From: a virus
Taxonomy: Duplodnaviria > Caudoviricetes
Direction: 5' to 3' (one strand)
Virus record (IMG/VR): IMGVR_UViG_3300020048_000103
Location: 1 to 64,000 of that record
DNA: 64,000 bases
Both the position numbers and the translations under genes were made by a program. This document shows positions 47,799 through 57,599 of this stretch, in pieces. Each line of letters opens with the position of its first letter. Positions within the stretch are counted from its first letter, which is position 1. The notes under the pieces are model-generated. The model saw nothing but the letters and a program-made list of their open reading frames with translations, was not told the origin of the DNA and did not search any database.

Positions 47799-48214
47799 GA
47801 GCAGTTGATAGAGCTTATAAACTCTTAGAAGAACGCAATTGGGATACTATTTATTGGGCAATTGACTTGCACGATACTTGCATAGTATCCAATTATAAAA
47901 ACAATGAATTTTCTTGGATAAATGAAGATGTTTTAAAAACTCTTACTTTAATCAGGAATTTACCTGAAAGTAAAATAATTATATGGAGTGCATGTCATAC
48001 TCCTACTAAATTAGCTGTGTCTAGGTTTTTTAGAAAACATGGGATCTATTTTAATTATTTTAACCAAAACATAGAGGTAGAAAATACTACTACTGGAAAC
48101 TTTAGTGAAAAGTTTTATTTCTCAATTTTAATTGATGATAAAGCTGGATTTGATCCACATTCAGATTGGAAAGCCATTTATGAATATTTAATAAATAGAC
48201 AAAATGGAACCTGA
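47786..48214 (+). CDS. HAD-superfamily phosphatase-like protein
   Basis: AIDLHDT, IIWSA, LIDDKA. Confidence 0.7.
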   Translation: MSILRAVDRAYKLLEERNWDTIYWAIDLHDTCIVSNYKNNEFSWINEDVLKTLTLIRNLPESKIIIWSACHTPTKLAVSRFFRKHGIYFNYFNQNIEVENTTTGNFSEKFYFSILIDDKAGFDPHSDWKAIYEYLINRQNGT

Positions 48215-48407
48215 TTTTAATGAGTTGTTAAAAGAAGCTCAAGTTTATATTCCTAAACTTAATATAAAAATTACTCTTGAAAAAATAGTTTTTTATTATG
48301 ATAAGGAGGAAATAGCTACATTTGAAGGGCCACATATGGTATATTCTGCTTTTGCTTATACTTATGGTATTACACATGCAGCAACAATTTTAATACATGG
48401 CACATAA
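48204..48407 (+). CDS. Hypothetical protein
   Basis: ORF track. Confidence 0.6.
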   Translation: MEPDFNELLKEAQVYIPKLNIKITLEKIVFYYDKEEIATFEGPHMVYSAFAYTYGITHAATILIHGT

Positions 48408-48435
48408 AAGATTTCTTAATAACTAAAATTTATTT

Positions 48436-49833
48436 ATGAATCCTACAACATCGACAGATGCTTATAAATTAACTCATTGGCTTCAAAGACCTTATGGTCT
48501 AACTAGTTTTTATGACTATGGTGAAGCTAGAAAGGGCGGAGAACATGATTTCATACTTTATTATGGTATGAACTTTATACTAAAAAAGTATTTTATGACT
48601 AAAGTTACCGCTGACAATATTGAAAGAGGTAGACTAAGGGCTTTAAATACTTTTGGGACAGATAAATATTTTCCAAAAGAAATTTGGGAAAAAGTGAGAA
48701 AATTAGGATACTATCCACTAAGGATAAAAGCTGCTAAAGAAGGTACTTTAATACCTACTTCTAATGTATGCTTTACTGTGGAAGCTACTGTAGATTGGTT
48801 TGCTCCAATGGTTTCTCATTTTGAAGACTGGCTTATGTGGCATTGGTATTCTACTGCTGTTGCTACAAGAATGTTTTACGTTAAAAAAGAAATCCTTCCC
48901 TACTTTGAAAAATCTATGGAAGTTCCATTTTTAGATTATGCAGTAAATGATTTTGGGTATAGAGGCGGGTCGTTTCATGAAGCCGCTGCTATCGGAGGTT
49001 CTGCACATTTAATATCTTTTAATGGTACTGACAATTTGTCTGCTTGTGATTTAATACAGGATTACTATAATTACGCTAATGCTGGTAATTCTGTTTGGGC
49101 TACTGAACATAGTGTTGCAACTGTTTGGGGAGCTGGTGAGGGAGAATATGATTATATCAAAGCTCAATTACAGCGTTCTGAACAACATTTGCCTATAAGT
49201 ATTGTAATAGATTCTTATGATGCAGATAACTTTATGTATAATGTGATTACAAGACCCGATGTTAAGAAATTGATTATTGAAAGACCTGGAAGAGTTATAT
49301 TCAGACCAGACAGCAATGATCCTTTGATTAATATGTTAAAGTATACTGATGTATTAGCTGCCAATTTTGGATTTCATATTAATAGAAAAAACTATAAAAT
49401 ATTGAATGAAAATATTGGGTTGCTTCAAGGCGATGGTATGAATCAAAAATCTATTCCAGAATTGTATAAAATGTATACTAATTCTGGTTGGAGTGCTGAG
49501 AATTTTAATACCGGTTCTGGAGGAGGTATTTTAGAAGATGGTTTAACAAGAGATACTGATAGGTGGGCTATAAAAGTTTCATATGCTGAAATTAATGGCG
49601 TTCCTATTAATGTTTCTAAAACTCCTCAATCTGATTTATCTAAATCTTCAAAGCCTGGTAAATTAAAATTACATCATTCTAACGGTCATTTTAGCACTTT
49701 CTCTTCTGCTGATAATTCTAAAGTAATGTTCAATGCTTATATAGATTCTCTTGAAACAGTCTATGAAGATGGGAATTTATTAAGAGATGAAAACTTTTTA
49801 GATATTAGAAAAAGAGCAAATAGTTTTTTATGA
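48436..49833 (+). CDS. nadV: Nicotinamide phosphoribosyltransferase (NAMPT)
   Basis: TDAYKLTH, NDFGYRG, GTDNL, ATEHSV, IDSYD, RPDS, LQGDG, GSGG. Confidence 0.93.
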   Translation: MNPTTSTDAYKLTHWLQRPYGLTSFYDYGEARKGGEHDFILYYGMNFILKKYFMTKVTADNIERGRLRALNTFGTDKYFPKEIWEKVRKLGYYPLRIKAAKEGTLIPTSNVCFTVEATVDWFAPMVSHFEDWLMWHWYSTAVATRMFYVKKEILPYFEKSMEVPFLDYAVNDFGYRGGSFHEAAAIGGSAHLISFNGTDNLSACDLIQDYYNYANAGNSVWATEHSVATVWGAGEGEYDYIKAQLQRSEQHLPISIVIDSYDADNFMYNVITRPDVKKLIIERPGRVIFRPDSNDPLINMLKYTDVLAANFGFHINRKNYKILNENIGLLQGDGMNQKSIPELYKMYTNSGWSAENFNTGSGGGILEDGLTRDTDRWAIKVSYAEINGVPINVSKTPQSDLSKSSKPGKLKLHHSNGHFSTFSSADNSKVMFNAYIDSLETVYEDGNLLRDENFLDIRKRANSFL

Positions 49834-50234
49834 TCGCAATATATACAGACGGAGCATATTCCCCTTCCAGAGATGTTGGGGGAATTGCTTTCGTAGTATT
49901 AGAAGATGAAAAGAAAATTCATGTAGGATTTTACTCTGTACCTAATACTACTAATAATAGAATGGAAATTCAAGCTGCTATAGCTGCTTGTGAATGGTCC
50001 GTTGAACAACAATATAGTGAAATAACAATATATACAGATTCAATGTATATAATTGGCACTATGACTAAAAATTGGAAAAGAAATGTCAATTCAGATTTAT
50101 GGGCAATTTTAGATTCTTTAGTATCTAAAGTTACTGTCAATTGGAAGCATGTTAAAGGACATTCTGGTAATAAATACAATGAATTGTGTGATGCATTAGC
50201 TGTAGAAGCTTCAAAAGTAGAACACAATAATTAA
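49830..50234 (+). CDS. rnhA: Ribonuclease HI
   Basis: IYTDGA, TNNRME, TDSMY, HVKGHSG..YNELCDALA. Confidence 0.95.
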   Translation: MIAIYTDGAYSPSRDVGGIAFVVLEDEKKIHVGFYSVPNTTNNRMEIQAAIAACEWSVEQQYSEITIYTDSMYIIGTMTKNWKRNVNSDLWAILDSLVSKVTVNWKHVKGHSGNKYNELCDALAVEASKVEHNN

Positions 50235-50252
50235 ATTATAAATTTTAATTAT

Positions 50253-50636
50253 ATGGATCTGAGTACAACAATTATTATTCTTTGGATATTATGTATTCAT
50301 TATGTAGCTGATTTTATATATCAGGACGAAAAATGGGCAGTTAATAAATGGAATGATTTCCAAGCTTTAATAAGCCATACTTTAGTTTATTCTACTTTAC
50401 TTACAGCAGGTGTATATTCATTCTTAACCCCTGTTAATTTACTGTATTTCTTTTTAATTACTTTATTTACTCATACTTCTGTTGATTATGTTACCAGTAA
50501 AATAGTACATAATATGTTTGAAAAGAAACATTATGGAAGTGAAATCCCTAATTTTGGAGGATTTTCCATAATAGGACTAGATCAGTTAATCCATTTCTTT
50601 ACTTTAATTTTAACTTTTTATTATTTATATGAGTAG
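50253..50636 (+). CDS. DUF3307-like membrane protein
   Basis: HYVADF.YQ, H, TH..VD, GLDQLIH. Confidence 0.8.
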   Translation: MDLSTTIIILWILCIHYVADFIYQDEKWAVNKWNDFQALISHTLVYSTLLTAGVYSFLTPVNLLYFFLITLFTHTSVDYVTSKIVHNMFEKKHYGSEIPNFGGFSIIGLDQLIHFFTLILTFYYLYE

Positions 50637-51183
50637 GACAATAGTAGAGAAAAATCCTGAAAATATAGCAATTATTGATGTTTTTTCAAGATTAATTCAA
50701 GATAGAATAATCTTTATTGGAGAAGTCATTGATGATTATCTTTCAAATGAAGTAATTGCACAAATGCTTTATTTAGACTCTAAAAATACTAAAGACCCAA
50801 TAAACGTTTATATAAATACTCCTGGAGGAAGTGTTCCTGCAGGTTTAGCTATTTATGATGTTGCAAATTTGATAAAAGCTCCAATAATTACTACTGCATT
50901 AGGAACGTGTGCAAGTATGGGAGTTATATTGCTTTTAATGGGTAGTAAAAGATATGCCACAAAACACACTAGATTAATGGCACATCAACCTTCTGGCGGT
51001 GTCATTGGTACAGCAAGTGAAATTGGTATAACTTATGAAGAAATTCAGAAGTATAAAAAATACCTTTATGATATTATAGAGTCTAAAACTAATATTAATA
51101 ATTCTGAAGAATTGTTTAAAAACGATTATTGGATGAGTGCTGAAGAAGCTCTTGGGAAAGGTTTTATAACTAAAATTCTATGA
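50629..51183 (+). CDS. clpP: ClpP-family protease subunit
   Basis: YINTPGGSV, GTCASMG (Ser), MAHQPSGG (His), NDYWMSAEEA. Confidence 0.92.
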   Translation: MSRTIVEKNPENIAIIDVFSRLIQDRIIFIGEVIDDYLSNEVIAQMLYLDSKNTKDPINVYINTPGGSVPAGLAIYDVANLIKAPIITTALGTCASMGVILLLMGSKRYATKHTRLMAHQPSGGVIGTASEIGITYEEIQKYKKYLYDIIESKTNINNSEELFKNDYWMSAEEALGKGFITKIL

Positions 51184-51590
51184 CAGGATCAGTTCGCCAA
51201 ATAAAGGCTCTTCAAAAAGATATAAAAAAATATATAGATTCTATCAATTATGGTGGATGTGTACATTTTGCGTATTATTTTTCTAAGAAACTTTCTTATT
51301 TAGGTATTAAAAATCATGTTGTCTTTTTAGATAAATCTGATCCTATAAAAATTTCTTATAAAGATTTTGATGGAGTTGATCATGCGATGGTGTTTATACC
51401 TAATATTGGGTATATTGATGGTTTAAGAATAGTTAAGGATTTTAGAGAACTTAATTATAGGTATATAAAGTCTAAAATTCCTTTGACTAAACTTGATAAT
51501 TTTAGAAATATGGAAGATATATGGTGTTCTGATTATGATACAGAACAAAATTTTCTTTTGCAAGACTTAATAAATGAACACATTAGATAA
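51180..51590 (+). CDS. Hypothetical protein
   Basis: ORF track; GGC...H motif. Confidence 0.65.
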   Translation: MTGSVRQIKALQKDIKKYIDSINYGGCVHFAYYFSKKLSYLGIKNHVVFLDKSDPIKISYKDFDGVDHAMVFIPNIGYIDGLRIVKDFRELNYRYIKSKIPLTKLDNFRNMEDIWCSDYDTEQNFLLQDLINEHIR

Positions 51591-51876
51591 TATTTTTATA
51601 AAAAAGGGCAAATGTGTAGTAATTGATAATAACAATCAATTTACTTATGAAGTATTCGTTCACTGCAGATTTAAGAATTATTTTTCTGTTGCAAATAGTG
51701 AATTATATTGCTCTAAAAATGAGATAAAAAATATTGTTGAAAGATTCAAAATAGATGATAGCATTAGCATAGTATGCGAATTGTTTTCTGCTCCTTTATG
51801 GTGGCTAATAGAGAATAGTTACATAAAATATGTTAAGCCTGTAAAACAAGTAAAAACTAAACCTATCAAAAAATGA
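51574..51876 (+). CDS. Hypothetical protein
   Basis: ORF track. Confidence 0.6.
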   Translation: MNTLDNIFIKKGKCVVIDNNNQFTYEVFVHCRFKNYFSVANSELYCSKNEIKNIVERFKIDDSISIVCELFSAPLWWLIENSYIKYVKPVKQVKTKPIKK

Positions 51877-52100
51877 ATTATTTAATTTTTGATTCTGAAG
51901 GAGAAATGCTAGATGTTATTAACATTGACTCCAATGAGCATTATGATGCTTATTTATTACAAAACCCCGATCATACTTTAGTTCAAGAAAATGAACTTCA
52001 AGAAGAAGAGTTTGATGATGACATCTATTATGATGATGATGGAGAAGATGATTGGGAAGAAACTGATCAAACCGAAGATGACTGGAACGATGTTCCTTAA
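51873..52100 (+). CDS. Extremely acidic small protein
   Basis: 29 D/E and no K/R in 75 aa. Confidence 0.7.
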   Translation: MNYLIFDSEGEMLDVINIDSNEHYDAYLLQNPDHTLVQENELQEEEFDDDIYYDDDGEDDWEETDQTEDDWNDVP

Positions 52101-52390
52101 TGATAGATTATGTAGAACTAGTATCAGTTAGAGAAGGGACATATACTATATATGTGTTCCAAAATATAAATACAAAAGAATTTATAATGTGTACTAAACT
52201 TCCAAATTGGAATACTCCTTCAGTTTTAATAGGAGATAAAGGATTTTTAAATTATAATCTGGTTAAGGCCGGAGACACTTATTTTAATCCTAGTTTAGAC
52301 AAAGATTGTAAATATCTATACTCTAACGTATACTTTATCGACTTTGTAATAGATAATAAAATTATACACAAGAATGAAATAATCTTATAA
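52100..52390 (+). CDS. Hypothetical protein, OB-fold-like
   Basis: ORF track. Confidence 0.65.
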   Translation: MIDYVELVSVREGTYTIYVFQNINTKEFIMCTKLPNWNTPSVLIGDKGFLNYNLVKAGDTYFNPSLDKDCKYLYSNVYFIDFVIDNKIIHKNEIIL

Positions 52391-52394
52391 AGAT

Positions 52395-53216
52395 ATGAGT
52401 AAACAAGAAACCCCTGCACTAGAATCTTTTATTTGGAAAGGTACAAAAGTATTGGATCAAACTGGTCGATACGTACAAAGTGAAAAACGCTTAGTTGATA
52501 TGAATGAGTCAGAACTGCAAAGTTGCTACACTCATTGTAAGACTATGTTGTTTAATAAAGACCCTCAGAAGCCGGGCAGATATACGGTACTTGAGCTGAT
52601 AAATGACCAAAAAGATAGATGTGGTGCGGAATTGTTTTTAAGATATATTGAAACTGAGAAAACTCTTAGTAGATTCAGTTTAGTAGGTCTTATAAATACT
52701 TTCTTATCGAACAACAAAGAAGCATTAAAAAATATTAAACCAGTTGTTGGAATGATGTTTGATAATGTTCCTGATGAATTTGAAAAAGTTCCTGTAAGTT
52801 TAGTTATTGACGGATGCTTAGATAGACTAAGAGCCTTTGATAAAAAACATATTACCAGAACTTTTATTTTAAAACAAGGTATTTGGCTAACTCCGGCAGA
52901 ATCCAAAGAATTGAGTGAATATGTGAAAACAAACAGTATCGCTGATAAATTGTTAATTATCAGAGAAAGACTTAACATTAAAGAAGAAGAAAAACTTCAC
53001 TTAAATTCTAGAGGATTAAGCTACACTCAAATGAGAGCAATGCTTACTATTAAACCTAATAAAAAATATAGAGATCTTACTACTGTCCAATTGGAAGTTT
53101 TAAGAACTCGTATTCTTTTCACTCTTGAAGAAGCTGTATTAGAACATATAGAATCTTGGGAAAATAGAATGGAAGAGATTGAATTAGTTGCTGGCGATAA
53201 AAATTATAAATTATAA
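52395..53216 (+). CDS. Conserved hypothetical protein, 273 aa
   Basis: ORF track. Confidence 0.75.
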   Translation: MSKQETPALESFIWKGTKVLDQTGRYVQSEKRLVDMNESELQSCYTHCKTMLFNKDPQKPGRYTVLELINDQKDRCGAELFLRYIETEKTLSRFSLVGLINTFLSNNKEALKNIKPVVGMMFDNVPDEFEKVPVSLVIDGCLDRLRAFDKKHITRTFILKQGIWLTPAESKELSEYVKTNSIADKLLIIRERLNIKEEEKLHLNSRGLSYTQMRAMLTIKPNKKYRDLTTVQLEVLRTRILFTLEEAVLEHIESWENRMEEIELVAGDKNYKL

Positions 53217-53554
53217 TGAAAAGATTCTTAATAGAATGTTCCACGAATTGGTGTGGAGAAGAAGCAATATTTTCTGCATATGCTGAACAAGCATCTGATC
53301 TTGATCCTATTGCTGCAGAATGTGCTTATGATAATTTTAATGATTACCCTCAAACTGGACATGAAGGAGTTTTAGAAGATCTATTTCCAGGAGTTGAAGA
53401 ATATACTGATGAAATGCATGACGAAGCTTCTGAACAAGAAGGTAATTACTATTTTTATACTATATCAGAATGGGATGAAACCAGAGATGAGAAAGAATGG
53501 GAATGGTACGATTTAATATACGATGCCAGAGAATCTGAATTTAGTTCTAATTAA
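53216..53554 (+). CDS. Acidic hypothetical protein
   Basis: About 31 D/E versus 5 K/R in 112 aa. Confidence 0.7.
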   Translation: MKRFLIECSTNWCGEEAIFSAYAEQASDLDPIAAECAYDNFNDYPQTGHEGVLEDLFPGVEEYTDEMHDEASEQEGNYYFYTISEWDETRDEKEWEWYDLIYDARESEFSSN

Positions 53555-53555
53555 C

Positions 53556-53801
53556 ATGGATTTTGAAATATATGAATTAGTAGAACATCTTGCTAAAAAA
53601 GCAGGATATTGTGAAGGAGAGATTTCAGAAGAAGATTTAGAAGAATTTGTTGAGGATAGATACGGAGTTTCTTCCGAAACTTTCTCAAAAATAATAAATG
53701 ATCTTTTACCACTTTGCGATAAAGCGGAATCTCCACTAACAGGTACATTATACCAAGGTTTTGGAACTGAACATGTATGGCTTCTTAATAGAAAGTGTTA
53801 A
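53556..53801 (+). CDS. Hypothetical protein
   Basis: Start trimmed to ATG 53556. Confidence 0.65.
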   Translation: MDFEIYELVEHLAKKAGYCEGEISEEDLEEFVEDRYGVSSETFSKIINDLLPLCDKAESPLTGTLYQGFGTEHVWLLNRKC

Positions 53802-53815
53802 AATTTAAATAAAAA

Positions 53816-55798
53816 ATGATATATCTAATTAGTAACAATATATCTCTTTTTGATACTAGTGAATTTGCAGTAATTAGTTTAAAACAGGGTATAAAACTAC
53901 TTAGAGGACTGGATATAATATCAGCTGATACTGAAACTGAAGGCTTAGATCCTTACACTAAAAAATTACTACTACTACAACTTGGAAATTACGATTTTCA
54001 AATTCTTTTTGATATTGTTAGTTATAATAATAAAATCCCTATAGAACTTGTTAATTTTTTAAATACTCACGATGCACTTTATATCTTTCAAAATGCAAAG
54101 TTTGATTTAAAAATATTATTTCATCAAGGAGTTATTTTAAAGAAAATTTATGATACTATGTTAGCTGAATACATTTTAACTAATGGTCTTCAGTATGACG
54201 GGCGAGACTTAGGTACCTTAGCTGTTAAGTATTGTAATGTTTATTTAGATAAATCTATAAGGGGTAGAATAATAAGGGTAGGATTAAGTACTTCAGTTTT
54301 ATTATACGGCGCGAATGATATTAAATTATTATCTCTAATTAGAGATGCGCAGCTTATTAAGATAGATGAATTGAATCTTAGAAGAGCTTTAGATTTAGAC
54401 AATTCTTTTGTAGTAGCCTTAGCTTATATTGAGTATTGTGGAATAAAATTAGATCTAAACAAATGGCTTGAAAATGCACGTAATAATAAAGCGGAATTAT
54501 ACAAGCTAAAGAAAGTATTAGAGGATAGACTTTATTCGGATGGATATACTAAGTATTTTTCTGGAATGTTGGATATGTTTGATAATACTATAGAATGTAT
54601 TGTTAATTGGAATTCTCCTCAACAGGTTATTAAAATCTTTAAGGATTATGGAATAAATGTAGTGCTAAAACAGAAAGGTCAATCTATAGAAACTGTAGAT
54701 GCTAAAGTTTTAGAACCCCAAGTTAAAAAGTTTCCCATATTAGAGTTATATTTAAAGTATAAAGAGCTACAAAAGGAGATTTCTACTTATGGAGAATCTT
54801 GGAAGAATTACATAAATCCTGTTACTCAAAGAATACATACTACTTATAAACAGTTAAATGATACTGGAAGATTAAGTAGTGGTAGCAAATATGATAAAAC
54901 TCCTAATTTGCAGAATATTCCAACTCCAAAAGAAGTTAGGTCCTGCTTTATTGCAGATAAAGGTAATGTTATGCTTGATGCGGATTATAGTGGGCAGGAG
55001 ACTATTGTATTAGCTAATGCCAGTCAAGAGCCTAATATTATTGAGTTTTTTAATAGAGGGTTAAATGATATGCATTCATATGTTGCATTTTTAATGTATG
55101 AAGATATTAGAATTTGTTCTTTACAAGACATTGATAATAATGCTTTAACTTTTATTAAGGATAAACATAAGGATAAAAGACAGATAGCCAAATCAGCAGG
55201 TTTTGCTATTGCATATGGAGGCAATGGATCTACTATTGCTAAAAATTGTAATATTTCTAAGACTGATGGAGATTTTGTTTATAATGCTTATTTTGAAGCT
55301 TTTCCCAAAATGAAAGGTTATTTTGATTTAGTTTTTAATAGGACTAGTTATTATGGACACATTGAGTTTAATAAAATAACTAATAGAAAGTATTTTTTCA
55401 ATAAAGAGAAAATAGACTATTTCAATCTTTATGACATAGTAAACTCTGATGATTTTTGGCAAACTACTCCGGATGCTAGAAGCTTATTTAAAAAGTATAA
55501 TACTTCCAAAAGTGAGATACAACGTTACAGTCAGAATTATCCTATTCAAGGCACAAGTGCTGATATAACAAAATATGCTACTATATTATTCTTTAAAGAG
55601 ATTTTAAGAAGAAATTGGTGGTTAAAAGTTAAAATAGTAAATATAATACATGATGAACTTCTTGTTGAATGTCCAAAAGAAATGGCTGAAGAAGTATTGC
55701 CTGTATTAGTATATTGCATGGAAGAAGCCGGAAAACCTTTTTGTAGAACTTTACCTTTAAAAGCAGATGCTGTCACTGGTGACTATTGGGTGCATTAG
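53816..55798 (+). CDS. polA: DNA polymerase family A with 3'-5' exonuclease
   Basis: DTETEG, QNAKFD, YGAND; TGRLSS..PNLQNIP, DYSGQE, AKSAGFAIAYG, PIQGTSAD, IHDE. Confidence 0.95.
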   Translation: MIYLISNNISLFDTSEFAVISLKQGIKLLRGLDIISADTETEGLDPYTKKLLLLQLGNYDFQILFDIVSYNNKIPIELVNFLNTHDALYIFQNAKFDLKILFHQGVILKKIYDTMLAEYILTNGLQYDGRDLGTLAVKYCNVYLDKSIRGRIIRVGLSTSVLLYGANDIKLLSLIRDAQLIKIDELNLRRALDLDNSFVVALAYIEYCGIKLDLNKWLENARNNKAELYKLKKVLEDRLYSDGYTKYFSGMLDMFDNTIECIVNWNSPQQVIKIFKDYGINVVLKQKGQSIETVDAKVLEPQVKKFPILELYLKYKELQKEISTYGESWKNYINPVTQRIHTTYKQLNDTGRLSSGSKYDKTPNLQNIPTPKEVRSCFIADKGNVMLDADYSGQETIVLANASQEPNIIEFFNRGLNDMHSYVAFLMYEDIRICSLQDIDNNALTFIKDKHKDKRQIAKSAGFAIAYGGNGSTIAKNCNISKTDGDFVYNAYFEAFPKMKGYFDLVFNRTSYYGHIEFNKITNRKYFFNKEKIDYFNLYDIVNSDDFWQTTPDARSLFKKYNTSKSEIQRYSQNYPIQGTSADITKYATILFFKEILRRNWWLKVKIVNIIHDELLVECPKEMAEEVLPVLVYCMEEAGKPFCRTLPLKADAVTGDYWVH

Positions 55799-55831
55799 TA
55801 TTTTTTGGTATTTTTTATGGGAAAATTTTTG

Positions 55832-55839
55832 TATCTTTG
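55832..55839 (+). promoter_or_regulatory. Bacteroidota -7 element (TATCTTTG) for the helicase/replication unit
   Basis: Consensus match 36 nt before ATG 55875. Confidence 0.65.
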
Positions 55840-55874
55840 TAATCTGCTCCCGTAAAAATTAAGAACATTAAATA

Positions 55875-57176
55875 ATGACAAGAAATGAACGCCAAAAAGT
55901 TGCTATTGAAAAATGGATAAAATCTGGAGGTAGAGGTACTTTACAATGGTGTACTGGTTCTGGTAAAACTAGAGCCGGATTATTAGCTATTAAATCTTTT
56001 ATAAGTAAAAATACTAACAAAAAAGTAGTAGTAGTAGTTCCAACAGATTATTTAAAAGAACAATGGTTACTAGAATTAATTAAATTTAATTTAGATAATT
56101 ATGTTTCAATTGAGATTATTAATTCTGCTATTAAAGTTAATACTTCTATTGACCTTTTAATTTTAGATGAAGTCCATAGAATGGCTGCCGATACTTTTTT
56201 TAAAGTATTTGCTCAAAGAACTCCGAAATTAGTTCTTGGATTATCTGCTACTTTTAATAGACTTGATGGAAAACATGCTATATTAGCCTTTCATTGTCCT
56301 GTAATAGACACTTTAACTATTTCTGAAGCATTAGAAAATAAATGGCTTTCTCCTTATACTGAATATAAAGTTAGTATAGAAACTGATGATATTGAACAGT
56401 ATAAAGAGGAAAATATGAAATTTTTAAATGCATTTGCATATTTTCAAAATGATTTTGCACTAACTATGAGTTGTGTTAATGGTATAAGAAAAGGTAAGGT
56501 TTTAATAAAGCCTTCACATTTTGTTAGATATGAATATGCTCAAACATTATGTACTTTGGATAGAAATCATCCAAGATATAAAGAAGTTGTTAATAGCATC
56601 TTTAAAGAAGTTACTGCAATGGCTTTTGTTTGGAGCAGAGCATTACATGCTAGAAAAAGTTATGTATCAGATCATCCTAGAAAGATTGAGTTAGCAAGAG
56701 CAATACTTGAAGCAAGACCTCATTCTAAAGCTATTACTTTTTCTGCCACTATAAAGCAAGCTGAAAAAATAAAGATTGGTTATGTAGTACATTCTAAAAA
56801 GACTAAGAAAAAGAATAAACTTACTATGGAAGAATTTGCTAAATTATCTGTAGGAGTTATAAATACTGCCAAGAGTTTAGATGAAGGAGCTGATGTTCCA
56901 GGTTTAAATTTAGCTGTTATTCTTTCTAATACTTCTTCTCAAACACAAAAAACTCAACGAATTGGTAGAATTATTAGGTTTGAAGAGGGTAAGAAAGCAG
57001 AAGTATTTACTTTAGTTATAAAAGGTACAATGGAAGAAAATTGGTATTCTACTTCTAATGTAGGAAAACAATACATTGAAATTAATGAGCAAGAATTAGA
57101 AGAAGTGTTAAACTATTCTAAAGATTTTGATTCTTTCCAAGAAGGGAAAGAAATGGATAAACTATTTAGATTTTAA
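55875..57176 (+). CDS. Superfamily 2 helicase
   Basis: TGSGKT, DEVH, GLSAT, DEGADVP, QRIGRIIR. Confidence 0.92.
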   Translation: MTRNERQKVAIEKWIKSGGRGTLQWCTGSGKTRAGLLAIKSFISKNTNKKVVVVVPTDYLKEQWLLELIKFNLDNYVSIEIINSAIKVNTSIDLLILDEVHRMAADTFFKVFAQRTPKLVLGLSATFNRLDGKHAILAFHCPVIDTLTISEALENKWLSPYTEYKVSIETDDIEQYKEENMKFLNAFAYFQNDFALTMSCVNGIRKGKVLIKPSHFVRYEYAQTLCTLDRNHPRYKEVVNSIFKEVTAMAFVWSRALHARKSYVSDHPRKIELARAILEARPHSKAITFSATIKQAEKIKIGYVVHSKKTKKKNKLTMEEFAKLSVGVINTAKSLDEGADVPGLNLAVILSNTSSQTQKTQRIGRIIRFEEGKKAEVFTLVIKGTMEENWYSTSNVGKQYIEINEQELEEVLNYSKDFDSFQEGKEMDKLFRF

Positions 57177-57179
57177 TTT

Positions 57180-57374
57180 ATGACAACAGAAGAATTACTA
57201 GATCACATTAAGTTTTTAAATAAAGATCTAGTTGACATTACTGATCCTGTATCTGTATTAGTATTAAGAACTTCTACAATGTCAGGAAAAATAACTGGCT
57301 TTGAAGCAAGAATAAAAGGCATAATACAAGATGAAGGCCGATTACAATTAATAATTGAAGAAATTAATAATTAA
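57180..57374 (+). CDS. Hypothetical protein
   Basis: ORF track. Confidence 0.6.
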   Translation: MTTEELLDHIKFLNKDLVDITDPVSVLVLRTSTMSGKITGFEARIKGIIQDEGRLQLIIEEINN

Positions 57375-57560
57375 ATGGATTGGAAAGAAGCACTTGAATT
57401 ATTTCATTTATCAACTGTTTTAAATGATTATCTTATATGTAAAAGATTACAAGAAGATACTCTGAAAACAATGTTAAAGAGATATTCTGAACTAATAGAT
57501 AAATTTATAAAAACCTATGAATTGCCTGAAAATTCAGATAAAGATTCTTTAAAGAATTAA
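57375..57560 (+). CDS. Hypothetical protein
   Basis: ORF track. Confidence 0.6.
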   Translation: MDWKEALELFHLSTVLNDYLICKRLQEDTLKTMLKRYSELIDKFIKTYELPENSDKDSLKN

Positions 57561-57599
57561 TACACAAAGTAAGGAGAAGGTAGTTTAAAATAAGCAGTA

